DNA of 64,000 nucleotides from Nemertoderma westbladi (Eukaryota; Animalia; Xenacoelomorpha): positions 124,001 through 188,000 of the forward strand of contig JAUCBJ010005016.1 in NCBI GenBank assembly GCA_032718475.1, read 5' to 3'. Of the stretch, positions 62,301-64,000 are shown piece after piece; position 1 is the stretch's first letter, and each line of letters begins with the position of its first letter. A program made the position numbers and the translations under genes. The notes under the pieces were generated by a model. It was not told the DNA's origin. It ran no database searches and was given only the letters and a program-made list of their open reading frames with translations.

Positions 62301-64000
62301 GCTCATAAAGCAGTCCAGAGAGAAGACATCGGAAAACAAGGTAAGTGAGAAACCCGTCTCCAGAAGAAAGGTAACACCAGTGTGTTATACCGACGACGGC
62401 GAAAGCCAAGCTTCCCAAGGGGAGGATAGCGGGAAAGACACTGAAAGATCTTATTATGTCAATAAAAAACCTAACGAACAGGGAAGTAAATTTAAGTCTC
62501 GATCCAATGACCAGAGAGAACAGGTAAGAAAAACTCCTCCTACGTCTCCCAAGAGAATTCAGGTGAGAAAGCCCGAAGAAAGAACGAGAGTGCAAAATGT
62601 TACCCAAATTAAGGTAAGTAACATCAAACCGAAATGTGCGCTATGCGACGGGACCCACCGTTTGAATATGTGTGATGAATTCCTGAAGAAATCATTATCG
62701 GAGAGACGAGAAGTCATGTGGGATAAGCGGTTATGTTATAATTGCCTCAGACAAGGACACCAACGGCGTACCTGTTTCTCTGACATAAGGTGTGCAAAGT
62801 GTGGTGCGAAACATCATATCTTGTTGCACGCTGAATTCGAGCGAAATAGTCCGAATCAGGTAAGTGATTCCGAGCTACATGTCCAATTCAGTGATGTGAA
62901 CGACACTGATCAATCTGAGATGGAAGGATTCTATACAGACGAGTTCTCCGACGAAAACGAATCCTGTTACATGATAAATACCGCAGTGTATCGAGCACTC
63001 ACATATGAAAAGGATACAGACAGCGACCTCACTCTAACTACTTCTGATCGACAACCATCTTGGAAAGCGCCATCTTCCAATGTAGGGATCCGAGAGTTTC
63101 CTGTGGTGCAGTTAAGGGTTCACGGACCTAAACGGAGTTATGTAGTGAACGCCCTCCTTGACTCCGGCAGCACAGGAACATTCATTGATAAAGAACTAGC
63201 CGAAGACATATTCGCTGGACAACCCAAGTTCCGAACTAAGCTAAACATGTCAGGAATTATGCAAGTTTGGAAATCTACAGTAACAGCGGATTATTATGTA
63301 GGAGCGTTGTCCACCCCCCAGGACGAACTAGGAGAACATAGCATAAGGTCAGTGAAAATGGTGGCTATAAAGAACTTCGCTACTACTCAAGCAGACCTTT
63401 ATAATTGGGACGAGGATGAGAGCATCCAACATCTTAAGATACCTCGATTCCAGACTGATTATCCTGGAGTGCAAATACTCATCGGCCAAAACGCGCATGA
63501 GGCGCTCGAGACATTGGAGAAACGGCCTGCTCAACCGCAGCCACTACAGACCTATGCGGTAAGAACTAGAGTAGGTTGGTACTTTACTGGCCCTTCCCGT
63601 AGAACACTCAGAGAAAGACTACCGCAAGAGCGCGTCTGCCAGGTGAGTGAATGGGAAGATGATACTAGTGAGGGAGACGATTTAACTGAGGGAACCCCAT
63701 ACTCCTCAGATAACGACGACGTTCACCAGCTTTTTGATGAGGAGAATACCATCGATCTCCTTAAGGAAAACGAGGCTTGGCAAAACCAAGTGAACTTATG
63801 TCAACTTCTTTATCCATCTGAACGAGAAGCTTATAACGACGAGTTAAATGACGTCATTGAGCGTTGTAATGCCAAGACTCGAGATGAACATGCCGTACGA
63901 TTCTTTACGCAAGAGGCAGTAGAGCCCAATTCCTACGATAAAGCCTTATCGGTGGAAGAGGAAAGGGCCAAGCAGATCCAAGAAACAACTACACGTTTCC
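59353..64000 (+). CDS. BEL/Pao Gag-Pol polyprotein (partial: Gag, triple zinc knuckle, aspartic protease)
   Basis: Manual frame +1 translation: FNGDEMKWLPF..LSNGEKLRFL (BEL gag); CALC..H..C / CYNC..GH..C / CAKC..HHILLH; ALLDSGS (~63155); ILIG. Absent from the ORF track, consistent with no stop before the edge. Confidence 0.92.
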   Translation, partial: MSDTKQNLSDSLLDVTICDSDRGIEPSSRKFSSPPTVRKVIPPVVIKEPRLVQHRRSIIGTRAQVKRDQEAAEQQQPASQELTSQRPNSSSSEDTVELTPERGAKMMDAVYSDPLLILPAAVLTRLLIAVEEHQIDWARSQRSTRDSYAGYTREELKSMVESQWNFPGPGLLFDLSEAAWEDIHRMGVAKETIDPAVWKRSAAGYAQGFFSSMERVKGQLFQQPQGPQEQGQLLYQVRERILRIRLILSAFEEASKRRQDTSLQVAVKTWFQRVSLQVQGTAQWKAQLEERSTHGESTDATFSQVESEATAEKPHKRDAIDIYLSDYQRFLGDDELRRRLEGLSPNSEGTKLVLDAIDVEMRAANQAKFDEQLRLTRVQEEQVKKKRIEDRKKAAVVAAEAERKAAAAEAAAEAKAAEAERKAAAAAAKAAAEAKAAEAERKAAMAAAEAERKAAMAAAEAERKAAEAVAEAERRAAEETIQLELENIQENQDCINKQLTASNMQMMNRSTPKRQGYTSSEEGDTTDTEGKGNRSRLSRRKRTFHRQKLPDLPPAVRRQLNNTNLGSTEPTDQIIKIERLPTIVDEPEIIRPVLEITPSVIDTPVLPETTSKFPLHSTKLPVPRRTAQETVQVLDPERNIPDLSPVVPRPLATTLATPASAVEWVDERRRGMDLLLGQMQETVQQFKCTVRESRLELQEVQQSIALERDKLVNTQRGIPPPPVTMCQPVRSEVSHAQGVEPTRIYTASEVETPIVNPIKGNYRPVDNDIPYRTDHNPRNLYTDNSILNNTMAQESFTRQMARTEARQAVKVGEIVKFNGDEMKWLPFNEYYKDNIQNSVLSNGEKLRFLIECLEGSPKLMALKFIGHPDGLRQVWDTLNIRYGNRNNIAGYLYAKLVAPRKFISNGIIEFSDEIQEICRQLDWLGKSHEYQSAMVIRAVASTLPKGGVGTRWDKKVLYMMEQQQRDPTMTDLMTFLDGEVKLQLIKQSREKTSENKVSEKPVSRRKVTPVCYTDDGESQASQGEDSGKDTERSYYVNKKPNEQGSKFKSRSNDQREQVRKTPPTSPKRIQVRKPEERTRVQNVTQIKVSNIKPKCALCDGTHRLNMCDEFLKKSLSERREVMWDKRLCYNCLRQGHQRRTCFSDIRCAKCGAKHHILLHAEFERNSPNQVSDSELHVQFSDVNDTDQSEMEGFYTDEFSDENESCYMINTAVYRALTYEKDTDSDLTLTTSDRQPSWKAPSSNVGIREFPVVQLRVHGPKRSYVVNALLDSGSTGTFIDKELAEDIFAGQPKFRTKLNMSGIMQVWKSTVTADYYVGALSTPQDELGEHSIRSVKMVAIKNFATTQADLYNWDEDESIQHLKIPRFQTDYPGVQILIGQNAHEALETLEKRPAQPQPLQTYAVRTRVGWYFTGPSRRTLRERLPQERVCQVSEWEDDTSEGDDLTEGTPYSSDNDDVHQLFDEENTIDLLKENEAWQNQVNLCQLLYPSEREAYNDELNDVIERCNAKTRDEHAVRFFTQEAVEPNSYDKALSVEEERAKQIQETTTRF

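Larger units (their letters stand above)
55847..64000 (+). mobile_element. BEL/Pao LTR retrotransposon, 5' part (truncated by the window)
   Basis: Satellite ends at a TGTAAAAG start; gag-pro ORF downstream. LTR 3' end and PBS not resolved, so assigning all of 55847-59352 to the element is inferred. Confidence 0.8.

Overview
Eukaryotic (probably invertebrate) heterochromatin. The backbone is a 49-bp tandem satellite (about 1-11615, 32007-32243, 35413-40663, 42888-55846) interrupted by four independent insertions. (1) A 20.4-kb Polinton/Maverick (adintovirus-like) element at 11616-32006 with 479-bp TIRs and a perfect 6-bp TSD (AGTATA). It encodes a RING protein, packaging ATPase, pX-like protein, chromodomain integrase, minor capsid, a deleted/fused major capsid remnant, adenain protease, a DEDD-like protein, a TBP-like protein, protein-primed PolB and a PC4-like protein, and carries a nested intact two-ORF LINE. 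(2) An APE-RT LINE ORF2 at 32244-35412. (3) A 2.2-kb solo LTR at 40664-42887. (4) The 5' part of a BEL/Pao LTR retrotransposon from about 55847 to the window end. The most notable signals are a putative Polinton-encoded TBP + PC4 transcription module and a Polinton with pristine ends but broken PolB, ATPase and capsid genes. All protein calls come from motif recognition by eye; no database searches were run.
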